Virus record (IMG/VR): IMGVR_UViG_3300036760_000522
Span: 124,001 to 188,000 of that record
DNA: 64,000 nucleotides
Direction: 5' to 3' (one strand)
Every line of letters begins with the position of its first letter. The stretch's first letter is position 1. The notes under the pieces are model-generated. The model was given only the letters and a program-made list of their open reading frames with translations. It searched no databases and was not told the origin of the DNA. Below are positions 27,334-36,899 of this stretch, piece by piece. A program made the translations under genes and the position numbers.

Positions 27334-27849
27334 TCAGCTCCCGTACCGCTTCAGAAGGTCGTCGACTGTCTTCTTCGGAACCTTCGAAGAGTCGGTAACG
27401 GTCACTGCGAAAATTTCAGGCTTCACGATCACGACCTTGTCGACATCTCGCGCCCTAACCCCTGTAGGGAGGTCAACAACGTGCTTGGTGCCGTCTTCAG
27501 CTTTGATTGTCACTTGTTTCGGGTTCGAAAATAACCCTGGAGGCTCAATCGACACTACCTTGGCTTGCGTGATCCCGTGCTCATCGGGCGTCCCGACTGG
27601 TATCAACTTGCCGTCCTTGTCGACACGGTCCTTTGGAATGGTGTTGGCAACGTCGACAGCTTTCTTGTCGCTACCGGACTTGCCAAGCAAGCGAGCTAAG
27701 AGCCCGCCGATTTGCAAATTCTTGACGCCCAACATGACCAGGACGATCGCCCCAATGACGAGCAAGAGCGCCGGCAACGGTGCAAGGATCCAACGACGGA
27801 TCCAGGCCCAGACCTTCTGAGCCTTAGTTTCGTTCGGTTGGGGGGACAC
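27334..27849 (-). CDS. N-terminally membrane-anchored protein (spanin-like position)
   Basis: GTG start overlapping the holin-like gene; TM segment ILAPLPALLLVIGAIVLVMLGV. Confidence 0.6.
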   Translation of the reverse strand: MSPQPNETKAQKVWAWIRRWILAPLPALLLVIGAIVLVMLGVKNLQIGGLLARLLGKSGSDKKAVDVANTIPKDRVDKDGKLIPVGTPDEHGITQAKVVSIEPPGLFSNPKQVTIKAEDGTKHVVDLPTGVRARDVDKVVIVKPEIFAVTVTDSSKVPKKTVDDLLKRYGS

Positions 27850-28243
27850 TGGGAGTTGGATCTGGTAGCGCAATACCCGTACTCTTGTACAGCGTTTTCT
27901 GTACGACCTCGTACAAGAAGTCGGAGAACCACCCAACCACCATCGCGTAGAAGATTCGACCGGACGTCGTGGTGATCTCGGTTCCGCCGTAAATGGCAGG
28001 CTCTTTGACGAACATCCCGAACAGAGCACCTGCAATGACAGGCAGTGCGTAGAGCCCGACTTGGTTCCACAACATCGAACCTCGACTCGTGTACATGGGC
28101 CCGTGATCCATTTCGCGCGCGAGAGGCTTCAGAAAGGGAAACGCGATCTCGACAAGGCGTCGAGTGAAGAACACAAATATCACAACAGAAACCGCAATGA
28201 TCGCGGTTCCGCGACTCAAAAACTGAGAGACTACGTCATCCAT
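27824..28243 (-). CDS. Three-TM membrane protein, putative holin
   Basis: Three hydrophobic segments; GGAG RBS. Confidence 0.6.
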   Translation of the reverse strand: MDDVVSQFLSRGTAIIAVSVVIFVFFTRRLVEIAFPFLKPLAREMDHGPMYTSRGSMLWNQVGLYALPVIAGALFGMFVKEPAIYGGTEITTTSGRIFYAMVVGWFSDFLYEVVQKTLYKSTGIALPDPTPSVPPTERN

Positions 28244-28244
28244 G

Positions 28245-28445
28245 TCAGTTCTCCGAAGTTGGGACAGGCAACACACCGTTTGCCCACTGGTTGATGCGCG
28301 TCAACTGTTGTTCTAACTCCTGAGCTTGCCTTGGCGTGTTACTTGGATCTGCCAAACGTTCCAAGAGCTTCGCATGATGTTTCACCGCCATCGCTTGTCG
28401 GCGATTAGGTGGAATATCGAGGTAGGTCAGTGTTCGCGCTGCCAT
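28245..28445 (-). CDS. Hypothetical protein
   Basis: 66-aa ORF with an upstream TTGACG-N17-TGTTGT promoter-like sequence. Confidence 0.6.
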   Translation of the reverse strand: MAARTLTYLDIPPNRRQAMAVKHHAKLLERLADPSNTPRQAQELEQQLTRINQWANGVLPVPTSEN

Positions 28446-28487
28446 ATCCCTAACGAGACAACAAGTGGACTAGGACAGACCGTCAAT

Positions 28488-28889
28488 CTAAACTGGAACA
28501 CCGACAGGCATTGATCGTCGTTCGTCCCCTAGAATTTCGTGACGCCATGATTTGGGGCGACGTCGTTCAGAGCGATTGTCGATGTAGGGAATGTAAGTAG
28601 ATCCTTCTGCTTTCAGTTGCCGAACAACTCCGCGAAGCGTTTCAACCGATTCCTGTATTTCGAGCGTTCCGTTACCTGCCCTGTAATGAAGTTTTTGAGG
28701 GGCAGTCGGACGCGATTTGACACGCGTCCTTCTCAGCCGACCTCGCAGCTTCTCATAGTGCACGTTCTCTAGGCGAGCGAGATCTGCCAGACTTTGCCAC
28801 CGCCCCATCCACGGCACCCAAAAAGTCGTTCGCTTCCGGTTGTTGAACCGTTCGTGTTGAGTCCACACACAATTATTGACGTGATATCC
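28488..28889 (-). pseudogene. 3' half of an HNH-type homing-endonuclease-like gene split by the transposon
   Basis: GYHVNNCVWTQHERFNNRKRT continues 37557-38033 in frame. Confidence 0.85.
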
Positions 28890-28898
28890 ACGACTCGG
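28890..28898. repeat. Left target-site duplication
   Basis: ACGACTCGG, identical to 37557-37565. Confidence 0.9.
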
Positions 28899-29023
28899 GG
28901 CTTTGCCTGAGAAAGGGCCGACCGACATGAGTTGTCGGGCAGTCTTGGGTTCTGCCGGGCAGCCGGTGTGCCACCTGAAAGAAAGGCCTCAGCATACGTC
29001 ACTAGGCCTTGAGCCGCGGGCGA

Positions 29024-29344
29024 CTATTCGCTGCGCGTCGTGGGGTGAGCCTGAATCCGGCCCTCCGCTACACACTCCTGTCGCCAGGCTTCATGTTGAC
29101 GATGCCTCCACTCAGTTTCTGCGATTCGTCGAGCCTCTTGCCCCTCTGGGGTTGCATGGAATCGCTCGGCTACGTGGTCCATCATTGCCTCATCGACCTT
29201 CTTGGTTCCCGTCTCCGCCCACTCGAACGCTCGTTGTATCCCGTCACAATCAAGTCCGGAACGAGCCAGCAGCAGTCCGACAAGGTGGCGGAGTTCCTTG
29301 ACCGTCTGAACGAGGTTGTCCGAGTGAATTGGGTCTAGTGTCAT
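29024..29344 (-). CDS. Hypothetical protein (transposon cargo)
   Basis: ATG at 29344 with a TTGACA-N18-CAGTTT promoter-like sequence just upstream. Confidence 0.55.
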   Translation of the reverse strand: MTLDPIHSDNLVQTVKELRHLVGLLLARSGLDCDGIQRAFEWAETGTKKVDEAMMDHVAERFHATPEGQEARRIAETEWRHRQHEAWRQECVAEGRIQAHPTTRSE

Positions 29345-29636
29345 TATCCAAACTGACCGCCACATCTGAAGCCTGTCAACCCGTGGACAGCCAACTGCGC
29401 CAGAGTGGAACAACCAATCCTGCGCTGAGATGCGTCTAGGGCCGCACAGGGTGTGTTGGCAGGCGTGGCACAGCGTGAGTCTGACGGAAGCTGTCACAGC
29501 GAACGAAGACCGGGATGGTGAGGAGAAATGCCCTTCTTCGTGACCGGGACACGCCCGCTCCACGACCAGTGCTCGTTCAAGAGCAGTTGGTACGTCCCAT
29601 CGCGCTTTTTGGAGAAAAGCGGGTAGTTGAGCAGGC

Positions 29637-30077
29637 TCAATCGACGAGATCTTGGTACCGATGCTTCCCGTTCTCCGCGAGAACCAAGATGAACCCGTGA
29701 CGCTTGGTCCAAAGTTTGTGTTCGATTAACGCTCGTGAGATGAGCGTGACCGTTGTGTTCTTCGCCGGATCGGAGGTCGGATCGACGGACTCGAGCTTAT
29801 CAAGTGAGACGATTCCGTAGTCATACGATGATGCGTCGTAGATAAAGTCCTCGGCGCTCTTGGTCACGAAAATCCGGCCCGGCAGAAGCTCGGACTTGAT
29901 CACGTCATCGGTCATTCCAGGCCGAGGAACGATAACTCGGATGTTCGCCGCTCGAAGAGGCACAGCGATGGTTTGCACATTTTCTTCGACAACGAGAACG
30001 CCCCGCGATGTCGCTTCGCGAGTTTGATCTTTGAAGCGATCCAAGATCCGATCGATGTCACCTTGTACGACGGTCAC
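29637..30077 (-). CDS. PIN-like (DUF5615/Mut7-C-type) putative RNase
   Basis: VLVVEENV...MTDDVI...GRIFVTKSAEDF pattern. Confidence 0.6.
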   Translation of the reverse strand: MTVVQGDIDRILDRFKDQTREATSRGVLVVEENVQTIAVPLRAANIRVIVPRPGMTDDVIKSELLPGRIFVTKSAEDFIYDASSYDYGIVSLDKLESVDPTSDPAKNTTVTLISRALIEHKLWTKRHGFILVLAENGKHRYQDLVD

Positions 30078-30135
30078 CTAGAAGCGATACCACGCGAAAC
30101 GGGAGGCAGCCGCTGATCATGCCCAAAAAGTGAGG

Positions 30136-33100
30136 TTACGCAGTCTCGCGACGGGGCGGAGGCCGCGTGGAGACTTTGACGATGTTGGGGCCGATGCTCC
30201 TCTCGCCTGTGGTTCGCGCAACGGCCTTCCACTGTCGATGCTTGCCGTTGAAGCTCACCGCCATGCCCAATGCCTCCAGTGTTTCCAATGCAGGGACAAC
30301 TGCGTCCGCCGAAGCGCCAATGTACAACGCAGCGACATCATTGGCTGTTAGGGCCTCGCTGCTAGCTACGATGAAATCTCGAATCGCCGCGACCTGCTGC
30401 GGCAACTCCATTGGCCACGGCAACTGAAGCTGGTGTTCTGGCGCCTCTGGCACACGCACAGCCCGAGGAACGGCCCCCTTTGCTTCTTGGAAAGCAGGTC
30501 GCAGCCAACGAACCGTTCCGGACGACTCCTCGGCGGTGCGCACTTGATTCAGAGTGAGTAGTTTCTCCAGAACGATGTCGTCAGAGAGCCCTCCTGACCA
30601 ACCATAGGCACTACATACGGCCTCATCGAGGTCTGAATGAAGCCTCTGTAGGCCCGAGACCAAGCCCTGGTCGTAGCTCAGTCTCTCTTTGTCCGTCAGC
30701 GGTTCACCAGACCGGAGCTTCTCGAGCACATTGTACATTGCAGTGATCGTTAGCTGCGGGTGTGCGGCCTGCTGGCGCCTGCGATGGCCATCAAGTTGTT
30801 CACCCAGATCGCGAATGCACTGTCGCTGTGTCTCCGTGGCGGACGGGAAAGGAAAAGTCTCAAAGCAGCGCGTCTTATTGTAGCGAGGCCGATCCTCGAG
30901 GGTTCCACCAGCGGCTAACGCCCACGCAACATGTATCCGACTGGATAGAACACCGAGTACATATGCGTCGTCGGCTGCTATGTTCACGAGCATGTTATCC
31001 GGAAGCACGGCTTCGTCGAGGAAAACGAACACTCGGTGCTTGGCTGTTTCGACCGTCGCAATGAAACGTGAGAGCCCAACAAGTGCGGGGCGAAAGGCAC
31101 TCCGAGGCTCGCCGTGTATCCACCAGTTGTCGCGGTAGACTGCTCGTCTATTTTGGTCTCTCTCCGGTTTGACCGTGTCGTGGATGTGTTGAAACACTTC
31201 CGGGAAGCGTTTTTGGACTTGCCCGAGGGTTAGGCCAAACAAGTCGATGACCCAGACTCCTCGAGGAGTCTGGGTCACGTCACGCCCATTTCGGTACTCG
31301 CGAATGTGCCGTTCGAGTCCTTCTTTTCGACCCAACCCGAGCTGTTCTGCTTTGTCCGGCCTGACGACAAATCCCGAGCCGTGGAGCTTAACACCAGGGC
31401 AGCTCAAGGCTTCATTGGAGCGAAGCGGAGCCGCACTCGAAACGTCTGCTCCGACTGAGAGATCGGCAGAGATAGTGCCGATGCGTGTGGCGAGTTCAAT
31501 AGTGGCACCGAGGCTCCCCTGGTTAGACTCGCATTGGACCGACAGCAGTCGACCAGCATGAATTCCGGCTTGGCCAACCGTCATGGAGATTCGTACCGCG
31601 GCACCATCCGCAGAGTCGACCCAAGGATGGTCTGGGATGGCGAAGACCAATGATAGTGGCTCCTTGTCGCTCAGGTGGGTTCTGACAACTCTGCGGTTGA
31701 AGGTCTGCCGCAGGCTGTTGGTAGCAATGAATCCGAATCGCCTTGCACGCCCTGCACGAACGAGTTCTGCGGCCTTGTGCCACCAGTACATCACGTAGTC
31801 ACACGACTCGGGAAGCTCCGGGTAAGCGTCGCGGATGGTTTCAGCATAGCCCTCCCCAAGTGTCCCGCGCATTCGTCCATTGCCCACGAATGGGGGGTTC
31901 CCTACGATGAAATCCGCGGCTGGCCAGTCAGCCCTCCTTGGGTTGATATACCGAACAACAGGCACCTGCGCCGTTTCATCTGGGACCTCGTCGCCGGTCA
32001 CATGGCTCTTCTTCATCGTCTCGCCGTCCCAAAAGGTCAGCAATGCGCCTGTGTGCTCATTGCGAGCTTCTTCTTCATGATCGTAAGCGAGCACCGCATC
32101 TCTGCATTCGATATTCTTGTCGTCCCTCAGGATTGGTTCTGGAGGTGTTTTTGACTGCCCGTACATCTTGTGATGCCATTGCAGGTAGCCGATCCACAGA
32201 ACCAGCTCGGCGATCTCCTTCGACCCACGACGGGCCTCGATACCTTTGAACTGTCGAGGCGTCACCATCATGTTTTCGCCCAGTTCCTGTTGCTTCATAC
32301 CCAGGTCGAAAAGCGTCGCCAGGACCTCGCTTTCCAAACGCTTGAAAAGGTTGAGCGCAACATAGAGAAAATTTGCAGATCCACAGGCCGGGTCGAGCAC
32401 GGTCGTGTTGCAGAGCTTCTCCAAAAATTCTCGAACAACGGACTGAGCTTCGTTTACTCTCTTTGGCGGCGAGAACTCGCCCGGTGGCACTAGCTGTCGA
32501 ACCCTGACTCGTACGATGTCCCATTCGGCGCGCAGTGGTTCCTCGATGGTCGGAACAAGCAAACGCTCTACGTACGAAGTCGGAGTAAAATGCGCGCCCA
32601 ACTTGTGACGCTCCTTCGGATCCAGGGCTCGCTCAATAAGCGTGCCAAAAATCGCTGGCTGCACGTCACACCACTCGCGCTTGGCTGCTTTGAGCAATAT
32701 TCTCAATTGCGTTGCCTCAAGGGGTAACGCCTCCGGATCCGCGAAAAGTCCACCATTGAACTGCAAGAGCTTTCCGAGAATGAAGAAGCTTTTCCCAGAA
32801 TTCATCGCGTCCCAAAGTGCCTCGACACCAGTCTTGAACGATGACGGATCCGGAATCCATGTTTTCTCCAAAGCGGTGGTGAACACCTTTTCTCGCAAAA
32901 GACCGATATCTTCGGCAAACATTGTGAAGACGCACCGCATCAGAAACCTCGCCACGACCTCGGACGAGTAACTGGTTTTTTCGAGTTCGCCAGCGAGGAC
33001 GGCAAGGTCGGTTGCAATTTCGCGAGTCACCTCCTCAGACTTGCGTGCCGGGTCGAGACTGCGAGGGTCAAGCCAGATCGCCCGCAAACAGTCAGAATGG

Positions 33101-33654
33101 TTTGCCAGGTCACTCAGGAAGATGCGGTTCTTCTGGTTATTCGGATAGGCGTGGTAGGCCCCACTGCCGTCAAAGCACGCGAACAGATCGAAACAGTACC
33201 CGATGTCGGTGACGATCACGAATGGGGGTGGCTGCGCCACGCCTTTCGTGTAGCGAAGAGCCTGACCTTGGGCAGCGTTCATTGCCGAACTCCAGCCTGG
33301 AGTTCCTCGTACTGCGGTTCCCTTCTTTTTACTGCCCTTGTTGGACCCCTGCTTGGCCTCCAACACGAAGCACCCCTGTTTGTACAGATCCATCAAGCCA
33401 GATTTTTGACCGTCGTGTTCGTGAATGACAGCGTCGGCTTCGAAGACGTAGACGTCCTGTTCTGGATCGCCCGTCTTTGCGTTGGGCTCCGGAACGCCGA
33501 GGGCTCTGCACAAATCTTTGCAGAAGCTATCCTTGTTTGCGCGTTCACTGCCCTCGCTGTGTTGCCAGCGGGCTATGAAGTCGTCGATTGGCACTAGTGT
33601 ATCGCTTTCGGCGATTGGTGGCCCACGCAGACGAACCAGTCCGTCAGACTGCAT
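30136..33654 (-). CDS. MmeI-like type IIL restriction-modification enzyme (endonuclease, m6A MTase and TRD)
   Basis: DLYKQGCFVLEAK, GAHFTP, LDPACGSANF, GNPPF, TAKHRVF, RPRYNKTRCFETFPFP. Confidence 0.92.
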   Translation of the reverse strand: MQSDGLVRLRGPPIAESDTLVPIDDFIARWQHSEGSERANKDSFCKDLCRALGVPEPNAKTGDPEQDVYVFEADAVIHEHDGQKSGLMDLYKQGCFVLEAKQGSNKGSKKKGTAVRGTPGWSSAMNAAQGQALRYTKGVAQPPPFVIVTDIGYCFDLFACFDGSGAYHAYPNNQKNRIFLSDLANHSDCLRAIWLDPRSLDPARKSEEVTREIATDLAVLAGELEKTSYSSEVVARFLMRCVFTMFAEDIGLLREKVFTTALEKTWIPDPSSFKTGVEALWDAMNSGKSFFILGKLLQFNGGLFADPEALPLEATQLRILLKAAKREWCDVQPAIFGTLIERALDPKERHKLGAHFTPTSYVERLLVPTIEEPLRAEWDIVRVRVRQLVPPGEFSPPKRVNEAQSVVREFLEKLCNTTVLDPACGSANFLYVALNLFKRLESEVLATLFDLGMKQQELGENMMVTPRQFKGIEARRGSKEIAELVLWIGYLQWHHKMYGQSKTPPEPILRDDKNIECRDAVLAYDHEEEARNEHTGALLTFWDGETMKKSHVTGDEVPDETAQVPVVRYINPRRADWPAADFIVGNPPFVGNGRMRGTLGEGYAETIRDAYPELPESCDYVMYWWHKAAELVRAGRARRFGFIATNSLRQTFNRRVVRTHLSDKEPLSLVFAIPDHPWVDSADGAAVRISMTVGQAGIHAGRLLSVQCESNQGSLGATIELATRIGTISADLSVGADVSSAAPLRSNEALSCPGVKLHGSGFVVRPDKAEQLGLGRKEGLERHIREYRNGRDVTQTPRGVWVIDLFGLTLGQVQKRFPEVFQHIHDTVKPERDQNRRAVYRDNWWIHGEPRSAFRPALVGLSRFIATVETAKHRVFVFLDEAVLPDNMLVNIAADDAYVLGVLSSRIHVAWALAAGGTLEDRPRYNKTRCFETFPFPSATETQRQCIRDLGEQLDGHRRRQQAAHPQLTITAMYNVLEKLRSGEPLTDKERLSYDQGLVSGLQRLHSDLDEAVCSAYGWSGGLSDDIVLEKLLTLNQVRTAEESSGTVRWLRPAFQEAKGAVPRAVRVPEAPEHQLQLPWPMELPQQVAAIRDFIVASSEALTANDVAALYIGASADAVVPALETLEALGMAVSFNGKHRQWKAVARTTGERSIGPNIVKVSTRPPPRRETA

Positions 33655-34069
33655 CTCATGGTGGTATTGTCCCCCTTGCCAGGCTGCGTTGTGCCGCTCG
33701 ACAGCACAACGGTCACTTGTTGTTGTTAATATCTCGCCTCAGTACGGATCATGGCCCACGGCGGTTTAGCCTTTTGGAATGAGTCGAAGAAGGTGAACGG
33801 AGCGTCAATGTCCTGACGGTCCGTGTCCTTTCGACAGACCATTGTCGTCGGTCACACCACGCGGGATTTAGAAATGGAATATTGCCGACGGCAGCGCACT
33901 CAGAGCCTCGTCGAGTTCGTCGCCGGATCCGTCAATCCCTGGTACCAATGGACTTTGTGAGAGCGTGGCGCGTGCTGCCACCGCATAGTTTGGCGGGTGC
34001 GAGAACAGGAGAGTCCGCTCAAACTTGCATGGTTCGAGCGAAGCACCGCTCCGGCACACTGCCGCCTCT

Positions 34070-34444
34070 TCAAACACGTTCAATGAGACAGAAGACGTCC
34101 CCGGAATCCAGCTCGCCTCTCCAATGGCGCAAAAGAACATCTCGGTTCTTAATGATGAACGGAACAACTTGCCTTTGGATTTTACCCGGCAACGTTCCAA
34201 GAATTCGCGACGGATTCGTGATCGTTACCGAGACGGAGGTATCGAGTCCTTCGGTCGTGGTCTCCTCACCAAGCACGACTTTGACCCTCGGACCGTGTTG
34301 AGAATCTGTTCCCCCGAATTCTCCAGGAGAGACCCAAATGGCGGCTCCCTGCACCCCAGTTCGTTTTGGGAGCAGGTTGGTCATGGCTTCCATGAGGATG
34401 CTCGGTTCTTCGAATCGCGAAGCAGTTCGTTGGAAATCACGCAT
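34070..34444 (-). CDS. DUF4160-like protein
   Basis: TNLLPKRTG..IWV...HGPRVKV...FIIKNRDVLLRHW. Confidence 0.65.
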   Translation of the reverse strand: MRDFQRTASRFEEPSILMEAMTNLLPKRTGVQGAAIWVSPGEFGGTDSQHGPRVKVVLGEETTTEGLDTSVSVTITNPSRILGTLPGKIQRQVVPFIIKNRDVLLRHWRGELDSGDVFCLIERV

Positions 34445-34568
34445 GAAGAAGTTTTGCACGACGGGAAGGAACTTTTGGTCTTCCGGCGTATCGTTTCCCG
34501 GCCGTACACGGCACGTCGCCGTTGAGCTACCGTGATCGACTGGGCAGTCTCTGCCCTCACGGCCTCAA

Positions 34569-34799
34569 TCAGAACAACAGCCGCTGCACCTCTTGCTCGA
34601 CTTCCGCCTCCGTCTTCATCGGTACCAACAAACAAACGTCCTGAATGGCCAGAGATACAGCCAACTGCCCTGCCTGATCGTATGGGCGTTCGAACATGCG
34701 GAGTCGAGCAGGAGCGATGTAGTCCCGATCCGTGAATTTTGTCCCCGACGCGGCCTTGCCGTAGGCTCGCACGTAGATGCTGTAGGTTTTGCCTTTCAT
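34569..34799 (-). CDS. Hypothetical protein
   Basis: ATGA overlap with the upstream gene. Confidence 0.6.
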   Translation of the reverse strand: MKGKTYSIYVRAYGKAASGTKFTDRDYIAPARLRMFERPYDQAGQLAVSLAIQDVCLLVPMKTEAEVEQEVQRLLF

Positions 34800-35050
34800 G
34801 AAGCGCGTTTCCTGCGATCGTGTCGTCCCTGCCGCAGACCTCGAGCTAGCGACACGGCACAAACTTGGTCGACCAGCTCGAACAGAAGCTCGTTCGTGAC
34901 CTCTTCGATGACCAAGTAGAGCTGAAACTGCGGGAGACTCACGGCTCGCCTGAGGCGCGCCTGGTGCCTCGTGAGCCTCTTCGCGAGCTGCTGAAGCTTC
35001 GGGCTCGTCGCGAGTAGGTGATCTGTGAGGTCGGGGGGTGCCTCGGACAT
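34796..35050 (-). CDS. Hypothetical protein
   Basis: Helical ORF divergent from the XRE gene. Confidence 0.6.
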   Translation of the reverse strand: MSEAPPDLTDHLLATSPKLQQLAKRLTRHQARLRRAVSLPQFQLYLVIEEVTNELLFELVDQVCAVSLARGLRQGRHDRRKRAS

Positions 35051-35088
35051 TTGGCTTCCCCGAGTTCACACCAGGTCGCCGTTCATTT

Positions 35089-35102
35089 CAACCTATAAGT
35101 TG
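35089..35102. promoter_or_regulatory. Palindromic operator candidate between divergent genes
   Basis: CAACCTATAAGTTG. Confidence 0.4.
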
Positions 35103-35109
35103 GTTTTAA

Positions 35110-35412
35110 TTGGGTCCTCGATACCGCGAGCCTGCGGGTGTGACGAAACAGAAGGCCGATGAACTAGGGCACAACGTTGGAAGGAGGGTCGCTGAAATAC
35201 GGCAGAAAAACGGCCTGACGCAGCAGGGGCTAGCGACCTCAGTTCGGGCGACCGTCCAGTGGATTAGCCGAATCGAGAATGGTGAGGAAAACCTGACCCT
35301 CGCGACGCTTGTGAAATTGGCCAACGCGTTGTCCGTGACGGTCAGGGAGCTGTTTGAGGAGCCAGCCTCCAATCCCAAGGAGGTTCGGCGCGGGAGACCA
35401 CGAAAGGGCTGA
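35110..35412 (+). CDS. XRE-family HTH regulator
   Basis: IRQKNGLTQQGLA...WISRIENGEENLTLATLVKLANAL; C-terminal RRGRPRK AT-hook. Confidence 0.93.
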   Translation: MGPRYREPAGVTKQKADELGHNVGRRVAEIRQKNGLTQQGLATSVRATVQWISRIENGEENLTLATLVKLANALSVTVRELFEEPASNPKEVRRGRPRKG

Positions 35413-35509
35413 CCCCCAGAGTTTTCTGGTGCACCTGAAGGGGCTCGTTCGAAGTCCGCTATTCCACTTCTGAAATCCGCCACAGAAGGTGGCCCCCCAG
35501 TGCTGACGA

Positions 35510-36025
35510 TTGGAGTTGTGCGGAATTTTGGAGGACACCCACGTTTCTGGCAGAACGGGAGTTGTGGCCGATCCACTTCCCGCAGAGGCAGTGCTCGAAC
35601 AGGCAGCCCGGCTCCTCAAGGTGGCCACGGATATTCTGTCCAATCTCAAGCCCCAAGGGGACGAGCAACGTGGAAAAACCGCGGGGCCGTTACAAATCGC
35701 GGGGCGACTGTACCTGAGCCTCACTGCAATCCTTGCCCTTTCAGCAACCGGATGGTCGTACCTCTTCAAAGGCACGGAAGGGGCAACATGTTCAACGGTG
35801 GTAGCTACACTGAGATGGTTGCTCGTGGCCGCAATCTTTCTAGGCATCACGGGGATTCTGTGGCTCGTAGCTCACCTGACACGCAAACACGTGTCACTGC
35901 TTTCTGGTCCCGGTGAATATTCATCCACGGTCCACGAGGCCTTGATGAGTAAGGGAGACCCGTTGGGGAGCGGCCCACCTGACTCTGTCACACAACTTCC
36001 GGGACCTGCTGGTACTTCGAAGTGA
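35510..36025 (+). CDS. Two-TM membrane protein
   Basis: Two hydrophobic helices; GTGA overlap with the next gene. Confidence 0.65.
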   Translation: MELCGILEDTHVSGRTGVVADPLPAEAVLEQAARLLKVATDILSNLKPQGDEQRGKTAGPLQIAGRLYLSLTAILALSATGWSYLFKGTEGATCSTVVATLRWLLVAAIFLGITGILWLVAHLTRKHVSLLSGPGEYSSTVHEALMSKGDPLGSGPPDSVTQLPGPAGTSK

Positions 36026-36303
36026 TCTACTTGGTCACATTGCAGCGAAGTCCCCCTAGAGTGATGCCGGGATTTACCGATCAATTGGCAGAGAGTTCTG
36101 AGTTTCATCGAAAGATCATGGACAACGTGTGGGTCGTCGACACTTGGTTCGGTAGTCGGGATCTCACAGAAGTACTTCGAGTGCATCTGGGTCCAGCTGA
36201 TCAGCTTTTGGTGATACGAGTACACGACGATTACTTCGGATGGATGCGTCAGGACGTATGGAAGTGGTTGCGAGCCGCTTCAAGCTATCGAAGATTCGAC
36301 TGA
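36022..36303 (+). CDS. Small ferredoxin-like (Cas2/VapD-like) protein
   Basis: MIYLVTL...KIMDNVWVVDT...LRVHLGPADQLLVI...GWM...WKWL. Confidence 0.6.
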   Translation: MIYLVTLQRSPPRVMPGFTDQLAESSEFHRKIMDNVWVVDTWFGSRDLTEVLRVHLGPADQLLVIRVHDDYFGWMRQDVWKWLRAASSYRRFD

Positions 36304-36558
36304 GCCATTGATTTGGTGAGGTCGGCGCCAATACAGTTTCGGGCGATCCTCCAATTGCTCACAACACCTTCTTTGGTGGCGCCGGCCGGGAAGGGAATGG
36401 GATGATCTTCGCAGAAGGCCCTGATCGATTAGACCGATCATCCTGTTCGTTCCCGTTCGCGACTTTGAGCAGATTCAAAACAGACGCCGAATACCGGACT
36501 ACCTTCGCGGCCCCTGGGTATCCTGGCTCCTGTTTCTTGGCTTACGGGAATCCGAAAA

Positions 36559-36885
36559 GTAGGGTGAGCCCGCCCGAGGTTTGATTACCGGGCGGGGACA
36601 CGCTTTCGACTAGGCGTGGCTCATGCCACCTACGGTCCGCCACCAACGAAGGTGCCGAATCAGCGGGCACATGAATCCCTCACGCAAGTGCTTGTAATGC
36701 ACAGCGTTTTCCTCTGCGGACATTCGTCGCCGCTGACGGGCCTTGACACGACTCCCACGCGGGCGTTAAAGTCCGCCTGCGTCAGGTGTTGGCTGGACTT
36801 TGAGCGCCCGTCAGGGCCGCTTTTGGGACGTGACACGGCCTATATGGCCCCAAAGACCCCGTGGTGCTTTAACACCTGGGGTTTT
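36559..36885. ncRNA. Candidate structured RNA or regulatory element
   Basis: Several nested stems, a TTGACA-N18-TAAAGT promoter-like sequence at 36743 and a terminator-like hairpin at 36856-36885. Confidence 0.4.
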
Positions 36886-36899
36886 CGGCTATTTGGAGA

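Noticed and set aside
33660-34069. Gene or ncRNA upstream of the MmeI-like gene
   Set aside because: Only one modest hairpin and short unconvincing ORFs are present.
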